A model generated the notes under the pieces. The model was not told the DNA's origin. It worked only from the letters and a program-made list of their open reading frames with translations, and did no database searches. A stretch of DNA of 64,000 nucleotides, from positions 1 to 64,000 of the forward strand of contig JBHLOC010000012.1 in assembly GCA_048940925.1 (NCBI GenBank), read 5' to 3'. Shown here piece after piece: positions 39,237 to 48,790 of the stretch. This stretch comes from Promethearchaeota archaeon. Its GTDB lineage: Archaea > Asgardarchaeota > Lokiarchaeia > Sigyniarchaeales > SOKP01. Both the position numbers and the translations under genes were made by a program. Positions within the stretch are counted from its first letter, which is position 1. Each line of letters begins with the position of its first letter.

Positions 39237-40058
39237 ATGACTCACCTAAAAGGAAAAACACTTTTTATTACAGGTGCTAGTAGAGGTATAGGAAAAGCTA
39301 TTGCATTGAAAGCAGCTAAAGATGGTGCTAATATTACAATAGTCGCTAAAACAAAAGAAGCTCATCCGAGATTACCTGGAACTGTCTATACTGCTGTAGA
39401 AGAAATTAGATCTATGGGGGGTAACGCTCTTCCTGCCATAACTGATATAAGGTATGAGGATCAAGTTATGAATGCTATAAATGCTACAGTTGATGAATTT
39501 GGAGGGATTGATATCCTTATTAATAATGCCAGTGCTATAAATTTATCCCCTACTTTAGAAATTGAAATGAAACGGTATGATCTCATCTTTTCAGTTAATG
39601 TACGTGGAACATTTTTATGCTCAAAACTATGTATTCCCTATCTCAAAAACGCAGAAAATCCACACATATTGAATTTATCCCCTCCGCTAAATCTTGATCC
39701 AAAATGGTTTAAAAATAATTTAGCCTATACTATGTCTAAATATGGAATGAGTATGTGTGTTTTAGGTATGGCGGAAGAATATAAAAAAGATGGGATTGCT
39801 GTTAATGCATTGTGGCCACGTACATCAATTGCAACAGCTGCTGTTAGAAATCTATTAGGAGGAGAATCAGCAATCAAACATTCAAGAAAACCAGAAATTG
39901 TAGCAGATGCAGCATATATAATTTTAACGAAACCAAGTAGAGAATGTACAGGGAATTTTTTTATAGATGAGGATCTACTAATTGAAAATGGCATAACTGA
40001 TCTTGACAAATATTCAGTTGATTTGGGCTCAGCTCTTTATCCCGATTTCTTTCTATAA
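39237..40058 (+). CDS. SDR oxidoreductase, HSDL2-like
   Basis: TGASRGIG, HPRLPGT, NNASAI, LNLSPP, YTMSK, NALWPRT. Confidence 0.92.
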   Translation: MTHLKGKTLFITGASRGIGKAIALKAAKDGANITIVAKTKEAHPRLPGTVYTAVEEIRSMGGNALPAITDIRYEDQVMNAINATVDEFGGIDILINNASAINLSPTLEIEMKRYDLIFSVNVRGTFLCSKLCIPYLKNAENPHILNLSPPLNLDPKWFKNNLAYTMSKYGMSMCVLGMAEEYKKDGIAVNALWPRTSIATAAVRNLLGGESAIKHSRKPEIVADAAYIILTKPSRECTGNFFIDEDLLIENGITDLDKYSVDLGSALYPDFFL

Positions 40059-40185
40059 ATTCCTAATAATTACTATTTTTTCAAATAAAGTAAATCTTAG
40101 ACTAGTAAATTCAAATACAGATTGTAAAAGAATGAATATAATATAATTCACTAAAAAATTATTCAAATTTTTTATATATTGGATT

Positions 40186-41361
40186 ATGTTATTTTCATTT
40201 ATGAATTTACTGAACTTATTTATTGGTCTCCATCTTAAGCTCAAACAATACAGAGTGCAGTTTATCTTTTTCTTTTTATACTGGTTTAGTGGTTTTCTTT
40301 TTTTTCTTATTACTGAACCAAACGAGACTTTTGGGAATTTATTCTTATTCTCAATAACTGTTAGATCTCCAGCAGATGCAGGGGATTATGCTAAATTTTA
40401 TGCGTTAGTATGGCCAATTTTACTTGAAGTTATAGTATTTGGATTTATCATGGGTGAGTTACTGGAAAGATATAATCCTATTGTTACTAGTAGAATTCTT
40501 GCTCGCCATAGATATTTTCATACTGTTATTATTGGATATCACCATCTTTCTATTAGGATTCTCGAATATTGCATTGATAATGAAAAACCTTTTTGCCTTA
40601 TTGAGGATTGCGAAGAATTAGTCGAAGATCTAATAAATGCAGGTCATCCTATAGTTATAGGCGATGCTGTCGAAACAACTAACCTCATTGCTGCGAATAT
40701 TAAAAGTGCTAAAGAAGTTTTTATCAATGTAGGTGACGTTAGAGTGGCAATAATCTGTACAGCTAAAATTCGAAAAATTAATCCTGAATGCCCTATATAT
40801 GTACGTGCTTTTGATGATCATGTACGAGAGTATCTTAGACAACCTCCATTGAATGCATTCTCATTTTCAACCTCAAATTGGGCAATGGATCATATTCGCA
40901 AATGGACACAAGGTAAAACTGGGAATGCTATTGTGATTGGGCGCGATAGCTTAACCCATCGTATTGCATACCACCTTTCTTTGCAATCTGGGCGTCAAGT
41001 ATTTCTATTTGATGATGAACATGAGGGTATTGAGTTTGTGGTAAATGACCAAATGCATTTAATTAATGAATTTGCTCGCTTTTTAAGTGATCTACGCGCT
41101 CATGTGAATTTAGATGAAGTTTCCCAAGTATTTATATGTTGGAAACGTGAATCTGAATTTGATGAATCAATATATTTAACGTCTAAACTTTATTTACGAC
41201 ATCCTGAAATTGAAGTTTATGTCCGTATCTTTGATGAAGAATTAAGAGAATTAGTAGAAAATTATAATGCAAAGACTTTTTCAACCTCTATGAATGCTTT
41301 TAATATGCTTCAAAAAGAAGTGAAAAAAGATTCAGCAATTTATCCAAAAGAATCTAGTTAA
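40186..41361 (+). CDS. 2-TM membrane protein with tandem TrkA_N/RCK-like domains (K+ channel-like, no GYG filter)
   Basis: Two TMs flanking a short re-entrant segment; HTVIIGY, IGDA..L..ANIKSA, IYVRAFD, repeated as VIGR..VYVRIFD. Confidence 0.75.
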   Translation: MLFSFMNLLNLFIGLHLKLKQYRVQFIFFFLYWFSGFLFFLITEPNETFGNLFLFSITVRSPADAGDYAKFYALVWPILLEVIVFGFIMGELLERYNPIVTSRILARHRYFHTVIIGYHHLSIRILEYCIDNEKPFCLIEDCEELVEDLINAGHPIVIGDAVETTNLIAANIKSAKEVFINVGDVRVAIICTAKIRKINPECPIYVRAFDDHVREYLRQPPLNAFSFSTSNWAMDHIRKWTQGKTGNAIVIGRDSLTHRIAYHLSLQSGRQVFLFDDEHEGIEFVVNDQMHLINEFARFLSDLRAHVNLDEVSQVFICWKRESEFDESIYLTSKLYLRHPEIEVYVRIFDEELRELVENYNAKTFSTSMNAFNMLQKEVKKDSAIYPKESS

Positions 41362-41448
41362 ATTTGATATTTTTTTTAATCTAAATATTAAAATTTTTCA
41401 TAATTAATTTTAAATATGTTAATTTAATACTTAGAATGGACTTATGCT

Positions 41449-42381
41449 ATGTTAAATAAATCTAAAATACTCAAAAATTTTCAAAATAGTTTAGCTGAAA
41501 AAAACTATAAAGGTCTAGTAATTTCTGCTAAGCATATTCGTGATTTACATAACGACATTGAAAAGCATAATAAAAAAGAGCTTTTTGATCCTCTATTTTA
41601 TTACGAATGCCTTTCATATTTTGAATTCGAGCCTGTATTAAATTTGCCTGAAAAATATTCACTATTTATCGTTGCAGTTCCGCAGCCCTCCTTTAAAGTA
41701 AATTTCATATGGAAAAATGAGAATGTACCCTTACTTATTCCTCCAACATATCTATATGGTCAAAAAGTAATAGATGAGGTTAAGGAGATATTAGAAGGTA
41801 TTTTGCATCCAGAAGGCTATAAAGTAGTATATGCTCGTATTCCATTTAAAACATTAGCTGTACGTAGCGGATTAGCAAAATATGGAAGAAATAATATCAC
41901 CTATATTTCAGAAATGGGGAGTTTCTATCGCTTAGCTGCATTTTACTCAGACTTTCCAATAGAGAAAGATTCGTGGCAAGAACTAAAAATGATGGAGTTA
42001 TGTGAAAATTGTTCTGCCTGCATAAATAACTGTCCTACACAAGCTATTTCATCTGAACGTTTCCTCTTACATGCCGAACGCTGTATTACTTTTCATAATG
42101 AGCATCCTAGAGATATTCCGTTCCCAAAATGGTTAGACTCTTCATGGCATAATTGTCTTGTAGGTTGTCTTCATTGCCAAAGAGTTTGTCCTGCGAATAA
42201 GAAAGTATTTAAATGGATTGAACAGGGACCTATATTTTCTGAAGAGGAGACAAAAGAAATTTTAGAAGGAAATGTTTTTGAGCAAATTTCTGGAGAAACT
42301 GCGAAGAAACTTGCTAATTTTGACTTAAATGAGTTTCTTGAATTATTTCCCCGAAATCTTAGTGTTTTTTTAAAAAAATGA
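41449..42381 (+). CDS. QueG/reductive-dehalogenase-like 2x[4Fe-4S] protein
   Basis: KTLAVRSGLAKYGRNN, GSF, CENCSACINNCPT, RCITF, GCLHCQRVCP. Confidence 0.85.
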   Translation: MLNKSKILKNFQNSLAEKNYKGLVISAKHIRDLHNDIEKHNKKELFDPLFYYECLSYFEFEPVLNLPEKYSLFIVAVPQPSFKVNFIWKNENVPLLIPPTYLYGQKVIDEVKEILEGILHPEGYKVVYARIPFKTLAVRSGLAKYGRNNITYISEMGSFYRLAAFYSDFPIEKDSWQELKMMELCENCSACINNCPTQAISSERFLLHAERCITFHNEHPRDIPFPKWLDSSWHNCLVGCLHCQRVCPANKKVFKWIEQGPIFSEEETKEILEGNVFEQISGETAKKLANFDLNEFLELFPRNLSVFLKK

Positions 42382-42619
42382 ATCTAGAAAAAATAAAATA
42401 AATACTTGATTAAGGGATTGCTCTCCCCCTCCTCTCATAATTCCCAGATTACTCCTATATCTACTAAAGAATAATAATCTCTTATTCCATATTGGTGGAA
42501 GATTTAAAAGATTTAAAAAAAAATATAATAATTTTGTAAAGCATAAAAACTATGCATTCTTAGATTATATTATAATTGAAATTATTTTCATACTTTTTTT
42601 AAATATGTTGAATTGATTT

Positions 42620-43270
42620 ATGATTCGTGTTTTAAATAAAATCCGACAGGATAAAAAAGAATTTATTACTTCTGATGAACTAAAGAGCTATTGTGAAGAG
42701 TTATACTTGGATTATCGCCGTATTAGTGATTATCTAATATCACGAGGTAATTTATTATCTATTGTAGAAGATGTTTATTATGTAAAATCTGCAACTGAGG
42801 TTAATAAGAAAAAATTAAAATATTCTTTTTTTAAGCTCTTATCAAAAGCTTTAAGATTTAAGCAAATAAATAATTGGTACTTTGGTCTTTATACGGCATT
42901 GGATCTATTGAATATCAGTTATAACCATGATAATAATTATTTTTACTTAATTAATGACAAGATTGTATATAATAAACCTACAATAATTTTAGGTAAAAAA
43001 TTCCGATTTTTAAGATTCAATAATTCTTTCTTTAATTTTGGAATAATCCAAAACAAAACACGACATTCAGATCTCGAAAAAACCATTTTAGATTTAATTT
43101 ATTTATGGGAATATAACCAAATGAATGAAAACAGAATACTCATCGAAGTTTCTAAATTAATAGATGGAATTTCTGAGGAAAAAATACTAGAATATTCTCA
43201 ATATTATCCCGAATCAAACCAAAAACTATTGAAGAGAGCTTTAAATAGATTATCAATATCTACGCATTAA
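42620..43270 (+). CDS. AbiEi-like (type IV TA antitoxin/transcriptional regulator) protein
   Basis: N-terminal wHTH-like segment (..L.SRG.L..I...VYYV), YFGLYTAL, FG, SDLEKTILD. Confidence 0.7.
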   Translation: MIRVLNKIRQDKKEFITSDELKSYCEELYLDYRRISDYLISRGNLLSIVEDVYYVKSATEVNKKKLKYSFFKLLSKALRFKQINNWYFGLYTALDLLNISYNHDNNYFYLINDKIVYNKPTIILGKKFRFLRFNNSFFNFGIIQNKTRHSDLEKTILDLIYLWEYNQMNENRILIEVSKLIDGISEEKILEYSQYYPESNQKLLKRALNRLSISTH

Positions 43271-43379
43271 GATTAAGCTTAATACTTGTTTTACAAACTT
43301 TTTATTTTAGATCAAAAATGAAATTTTTATGTCGCGCTTAATTTTAAATCCCATATTTTATTAAGAGTATCATAATTAA

Positions 43380-44732
43380 ATGACTTTAAAGAGCCATCCA
43401 AGTGATAAGGAGCATTTAAAATATTTAGAGAAATTTAACATAAATCAACGTTATGCTCTTTTTACCATTATCCTATGTATTCTTCTCGATTCGTTTGGAT
43501 ATTCTATGGTTCTACCCTTATTACCTGGAATTGCTAAGGATTTTGGAGCCTCAGATTTTATGGTTGGAATTTTGATTTCATCAAATGCACTTTCCGCACT
43601 AATATTTGTTCCAATATGGGGTAAATTGAGTGATAAATATGGACGCAAACCTATCCTAATAATCTCACAAGGGGGTACCGCTCTTGCATTCTTTTTTTTA
43701 GGATTATCTAATTCTATTTATTTTATCCTTTTTGGTAGAATTTTAGATGGGATGTTTGGTGGTCAAATTCCCGCCATCCGAGCTTATGTTACTGATGTCA
43801 CTACTCCACAAACAAGAGCTTCCCATATGAGTAAATTCATGGTTGGATATACTGGGGGTATGATTGCAGGTCCTATCATTGGAGGCTTTTTAGGGGTAAT
43901 CAATTGGCGTATTCCTTTTTTTTTCGCAAGTGTTTTATCTGTTTTTGCTATCTTTTTAACAAAAATAATTTTAGTTGAAAGCATGCCAAAAGAGAGAAGA
44001 GTTGAAATTCAGCAACGTCTTCAATCTATACACTTAAATTCAGGAATTAAAAGGAGTATTTGGAATGGTGAAGTAATAAGTCGACTCATCCAAACTTTTT
44101 TAATCTCTCTAATTAGCTCAATGTTCATGTCAAGTTATGCTTTAGTCCTTAATAAAAGATATGGAGCAAATGCCTCCGTAATCGGTTTAGTTATGGCAGT
44201 GGCAGGTGTTGGTCTTTTAATATATGGTTTAATTCTAATAAGACCAATACTTAGAAAAGTAGGTGAAAAACGAATTTTAATTATTACTTTTATTTTAGCG
44301 ATTATCATATTCATCATCTACCCTTATTTATATGAATTTTGGATGGTTTTTCCATTTGTTTTAGTATTTGCATTTATGTTAGCTTTGATGAGACCGCTTA
44401 TTTCTGCAAATATCACTAAAGCAGTTGATCCAGATAGGCAAGGAGTTGTAAGTGGGTGGGCTGTTAATCTTCAGTCGTCTTCACAAGTAATAGGTCCTTT
44501 ACTTTCAACTGGATTCTTACAAATTGGTGGTTTAGCTATTAGTGTTATTTACTTGGATTCATATGAATTAATTGGATTTATGAATGTGATATTAGCCGTT
44601 ATTTTATTTCTAGTCGGTTATTTTGATGTTAAACTACACCCTAAACTATATGCTTATGAGAAAATTAGGAGAAAACGACTAGAGGTAATAAAAAGACGAA
44701 TTCCAAATAAAGAAGAGATAGAAATAGAATAG
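43380..44732 (+). CDS. MFS efflux transporter, TetA-like
   Basis: D.FG.SMVLP.LP, WGKLSDKYGRKP, GRILDG, AYVTDVT, GPIIGG, DRQG. Confidence 0.92.
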   Translation: MTLKSHPSDKEHLKYLEKFNINQRYALFTIILCILLDSFGYSMVLPLLPGIAKDFGASDFMVGILISSNALSALIFVPIWGKLSDKYGRKPILIISQGGTALAFFFLGLSNSIYFILFGRILDGMFGGQIPAIRAYVTDVTTPQTRASHMSKFMVGYTGGMIAGPIIGGFLGVINWRIPFFFASVLSVFAIFLTKIILVESMPKERRVEIQQRLQSIHLNSGIKRSIWNGEVISRLIQTFLISLISSMFMSSYALVLNKRYGANASVIGLVMAVAGVGLLIYGLILIRPILRKVGEKRILIITFILAIIIFIIYPYLYEFWMVFPFVLVFAFMLALMRPLISANITKAVDPDRQGVVSGWAVNLQSSSQVIGPLLSTGFLQIGGLAISVIYLDSYELIGFMNVILAVILFLVGYFDVKLHPKLYAYEKIRRKRLEVIKRRIPNKEEIEIE

Positions 44733-44826
44733 TTCCTTTAAAACTAATTTATAATTTGCCAATTAAATGTAATCACGATAAATTTGAAAAATATTTATGC
44801 CAAACTGAAAACTTTAGCTGTTTATC

Positions 44827-45036
44827 ATGAAGAAAATTAATATAATTGAAACAAAAACAGGAAAACTTCAAGGATATATTGAAAATGGTATATCTATATT
44901 TAAGAGAAATCCTTATGTGCAACCTCCAGTTGGTAAATTGAGATTAAAGGCTCCAGTATTAAAAAAATCATGGGAATTTAGACCAGAAATTCCAAAATCG
45001 ATTTCAGCTATTACACCTTCGTTAAGTAGAGAATAA
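44827..45036 (+). pseudogene. N-terminal fragment of a type-B carboxylesterase
   Basis: IETKTGKLQG...IFK.NPY.QPPVGKLR.KAP..W followed by an early stop; no catalytic core. Confidence 0.75.
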
Positions 45037-45124
45037 GAATTATGATGTGGAATTAAGATATGATCTCAATATTAAAATAATATTTCCAATTTTATTTATA
45101 AATAATAATCTATTATTGAAGAAA

Positions 45125-45847
45125 ATGAATATTGAAAAGATTTGGACAACAAGCGATTGGACAACTCATGCGCGGAGTATCATTCATGGACTTAGTGAAT
45201 TTCCGGAAGATTCAAAACTTATTTTAATTTTACGACATTCCCATAGAAATGAACCAGAACCGGGGTTCCTAGACAAAGTCTATAAATTAAGATTAACTCC
45301 AGAGGGCCATGCTGTTGCAGAAAAATTTGGGGAAAATCTACCTAAAGACAGGCCAATTCGGATCTTTCATAGTATAATATGGCGATGTGAAGAAACAGCA
45401 GCTAACATTCATAAAGGCTTTTCAAAAATAGGGGGAAAAAGCGAATTAAAAGGAGAATTTGCTCCTCTCTCTAATATCGGAATAGATAATCGATCTTTTT
45501 TAAATCAATTTAAAAAATATCGTTTTAGAGATGTTTTATTCCGTTGGGTTGCAGGTTTTTATCTTCCTGAGGAATGGACTCCTTTTACACAATATGTTCA
45601 AAATTCAGCTCATCTTATATGGAATCAACTTAAAGATGCCCCTGAAAAAGGATTAGATATATATATAACCCATGACTGGCATTTAATTAGTTTTAGATTT
45701 GGTTGGTTTGGACTACCTCCAGACGAGAGGTGGGTAAAATTTTTAGGGGGATTTGCCTTTACATTTGAAGAAGATCATATTTTGTTATTAGATTATGGCG
45801 ATTTGAGACCAATAGAATTTCCCCATTGGTGCAAAATCGAAAAATAA
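45125..45847 (+). CDS. Histidine phosphatase superfamily protein
   Basis: LILRHS, LTPEG, S..WRC.ETA, ITHD; likely start ATG 45125 (track start 45047). Confidence 0.85.
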   Translation: MNIEKIWTTSDWTTHARSIIHGLSEFPEDSKLILILRHSHRNEPEPGFLDKVYKLRLTPEGHAVAEKFGENLPKDRPIRIFHSIIWRCEETAANIHKGFSKIGGKSELKGEFAPLSNIGIDNRSFLNQFKKYRFRDVLFRWVAGFYLPEEWTPFTQYVQNSAHLIWNQLKDAPEKGLDIYITHDWHLISFRFGWFGLPPDERWVKFLGGFAFTFEEDHILLLDYGDLRPIEFPHWCKIEK

Positions 45848-46122
45848 TCTTATAATAATTATATATAATTAATATGGAAATGCACTAGTTGCATCACTAT
45901 CAGTTATTACAGTAAAATACTGTTTTATTAACAGCTCACTTTGTTTAACTCCTCTTGGATCCCCCCAATCCAAATGTGTATAAGAAAGTAGAGGTAAATA
46001 ATGCATAACAATTCAAGGATCATAAATAAAAATTCCACACGTCATCATAATCAATACCTATTATCTCTTTTTCAATTTTTTGTCTTAAATCAATTTTATT
46101 CTGCCACCAAGAAGCTTTGTAA

Positions 46123-46349
46123 GTAATCAATATAAATTCCATCGATTTGACTTAGATATTTTCAAGCGTGTGAAGAAAATAGGATTTAAATTTTATTTTA
46201 ATGAAGTTTTGTTCAAATACTTAATGAAGAAATCCCTTGATTTAAGTTTTGAAGGTGAAAAAGTCGATGAAATATTTACAAATTACCCTGATAAACAACC
46301 TAAATTAAGACAAAACTATCAAAATCATCAGGAAATCCCTTTATTTTAA
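46123..46349 (+). pseudogene. Frameshifted C-terminal remnant of a GDPD paralogue
   Basis: VININ/[frameshift]FHRFDLDIFKRVKKIGFKFYFNEVLFKYLMKKSLDLSFEGEKVDEIFTNYPDKQPKLRQNYQN aligns with the C-terminus of 13609..14367. Confidence 0.75.
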
Positions 46350-46393
46350 AAAAAAAGAAAAAAAATTAAAATTAATAATAAAAGTTTACAATA

Positions 46394-46894
46394 TCATTTA
46401 CGTCGATTTGCTATTATAATTAGTAAACCAATTGCAAAAACCACAGGAATCAAGAAGTAAAATCCAGATGAAATACTTTTCGCATCCGCTGGCTCTATTC
46501 GTGTGATTTCAAACCAAATTGTAACCTCTTCGTCATTGATATTATCCATATAAATACCGTAAGAACCTTCTAAAGTAACCTTGTAACTCCATGATCCCCC
46601 TCTACTATTAGAGCTAAATTCTATATATGTAAAATCTTCACCCCTCATAAAATTACTACCATTTTCACTATCCATTAAATATACATCTATTCCAGGACCA
46701 CTTTTTACGTTATAGTCGATTTCTAACTTGTCTCCAGCATAACAGCTTTTGCTGGAACTAAATTTTTGATTAGCTGGTAAGGTAATCTCTTGAGTAGTTG
46801 TCCATTTAGTGCCTTGAACCTCCTTAACTAAAAATGTAAGTAAAATTGTGAAGAATATGGCATAGAAAAAAAATCTCGCTTTCTTTTTTATCAT
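46394..46894 (-). CDS. Type I membrane protein with a GOLD/emp24-like beta-sandwich
   Basis: Signal peptide, GDKLEIDYNV..G..IDVYL, GSWSY.V..EG.Y.IY.DN, C-terminal TM + RRK. Confidence 0.65.
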   Translation of the reverse strand: MIKKKARFFFYAIFFTILLTFLVKEVQGTKWTTTQEITLPANQKFSSSKSCYAGDKLEIDYNVKSGPGIDVYLMDSENGSNFMRGEDFTYIEFSSNSRGGSWSYKVTLEGSYGIYMDNINDEEVTIWFEITRIEPADAKSISSGFYFLIPVVFAIGLLIIIANRRK

Positions 46895-47148
46895 TTTTTA
46901 TCACATATTATATTAGATTTCAAATTTATTATATAAAACTTGAATATAAAAATATTATTAAATTCAATGTATAACAAGTCTTTATAGAAATTATCTAACA
47001 TTTCTCCTAAAATCTTAGATACAATATTAATTGGATCTTCTTCTAATAGGATCTATCCTCTATATTCCTAGCTACTAGTGAAATATACAAAATTATTGCG
47101 ATATAATTATAAAGTCCCAAAAAAAGTATGATAAAAAGTAATTAAGTT

Positions 47149-48030
47149 TTAAGCTTTTGCAGCGTTTTCAGCAATTGCGTCTGAAATTTGCCCCCATATC
47201 TCTGGAGGTAAACTATGGCCCATTCCATCAATAATTAGCAATTCTGCACCTGGTATTGATTTTGCTGTCTCTTTACCGCCTTCAAGAGGAACGAGAGGAT
47301 CATCTCCTCCATGAATAACTAGTGTGGGAACTTTGATTGATGATAGTTTAGATCTCCTATCTCCATTTGCCAAAATTGCTAACAACTGACGTCCAAAACC
47401 AAGAGGGTAAAAACATCTGTCAAACACTTTTTCAGCTATTTTTCGACTTCTTTCTTCATTAAAAGGGAATCCTGAACCATAGAGTAATCTTCCAACCTTT
47501 AAAGAATTTTCTATATATGCGCTACGTTCTGTAGGAGCAGGTGTAACTAATACTTGCATTGCTTCTGAAGTTGGTTGTGGAAGGTCAGGATTTCCTGTTG
47601 TGCTCATAATAGAAGTAAGGCTTAAAACTCGATTTGGATGTCGAAATGTGATAATTTGTGCAATCATACCACCCATGGATGCCCCACAAATATGAGCTTT
47701 ATCAATCTTAAGAGCATTTAAAATACCAATAGCATCATCTGCCATATCTTCCAATGAATAAGGTGCTTCAATTGTCTCACCTCGTTGCATAGCCGCAATT
47801 GCTTTCATAATATTTGGTCTACCTGCTTCTTCAAACTTAGTTGATAAACCAACATCTCTGTTATCGTATCGAATTACATAAAAACCACGGTCTAAAAAGA
47901 ATTGGATGAATTCTTTGTCCCAAGCAATCATTTGGCCACCTAGTCCCATAACCAATAATAATGGTTTATCTGAAGGATTACCAAAAGTTTCATACTCAAT
48001 TTCTATATTATTTACTTTTGCTTTCGGCAT
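47149..48030 (-). CDS. Alpha/beta hydrolase
   Basis: MGLGGQM, YDNRDVGLS, GASMGG, HGGDDPLVP, GMGH. Confidence 0.92.
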   Translation of the reverse strand: MPKAKVNNIEIEYETFGNPSDKPLLLVMGLGGQMIAWDKEFIQFFLDRGFYVIRYDNRDVGLSTKFEEAGRPNIMKAIAAMQRGETIEAPYSLEDMADDAIGILNALKIDKAHICGASMGGMIAQIITFRHPNRVLSLTSIMSTTGNPDLPQPTSEAMQVLVTPAPTERSAYIENSLKVGRLLYGSGFPFNEERSRKIAEKVFDRCFYPLGFGRQLLAILANGDRRSKLSSIKVPTLVIHGGDDPLVPLEGGKETAKSIPGAELLIIDGMGHSLPPEIWGQISDAIAENAAKA

Positions 48031-48342
48031 TTTATCATCCTAAATATTTTTTTTATTTTTAAAATATTCAAAAGTTTTTAAATTATTGGTAGCTTAACTT
48101 CACAATAAAAAAGCGATTAAATCTATATGGATTCCAATCCCAACTAGATTCCAATTTCGTTGAAAGTTTTTCTTCCAAATATACATACCAATGGTATAGC
48201 AGACGATTATCCAATAATAATTACAATAACAATCATAATAAAAAGAGACAATAGTAAATTATCCTGATAAACTAAGAGCAGAGGTGCAAATTATATAGAG
48301 GACTTTAATGTTGATATATGAATGAATAGATAAATGTATCAA

Positions 48343-48687
48343 TCAACAAGTTAAATGGAATGCTCCTGCTATTTTTCTATTTCCTTTAATTTCTTGGTTA
48401 TATAACTGTATTGCCTCTTGAGTTGGAAGAGAAATAATCTCAAAATTCAAATTTTTAGTTAGTTCTAGTGGCACATTCATTAATCCCGAATTCCCAGTTC
48501 CGATAATTAGGAGTTCTGGGGCATAATCTAAAACATATTTTAAATCCTCTTTAGATATATGATGTCCTTTTTCTCGCCACCAGTTTGGTATAACACTTTT
48601 ACCAAGAAGAATTATATCTTCATAAAAAGTTTCATTTTCGAGTGAAATACTACCAAATTGATAATTTTTTATGAATTCTGAGGTCAT
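48343..48687 (-). CDS. Mth938-like (DUF498/AAMDC) protein
   Basis: Y.FGSI, WWR..GH, PELLIIGTG..G, T.EA...YN, C-terminal FHLTC. Confidence 0.9.
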   Translation of the reverse strand: MTSEFIKNYQFGSISLENETFYEDIILLGKSVIPNWWREKGHHISKEDLKYVLDYAPELLIIGTGNSGLMNVPLELTKNLNFEIISLPTQEAIQLYNQEIKGNRKIAGAFHLTC

Positions 48688-48790
48688 ATATGATTAAAGT
48701 ATTTTTTCCTTAAAAACTAAATTAACTCTATTGAGAATTTTAGCTAAATGTGGTCAAGAGAAACATAATAAGCCAGTAAAATCCAGAAAC

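Noticed and set aside
42435-42500. Minus-strand GIRDYYSLVDIGVIWEL, faintly like a HepT/DUF86 C-terminus next to the AbiEi-like gene
   Set aside because: Too short, and the RxxxxH motif is absent.
45870-46050. Possible decayed ORFs here and at 48100-48330 (minus strand)
   Set aside because: Multiple stops and no recognisable family.
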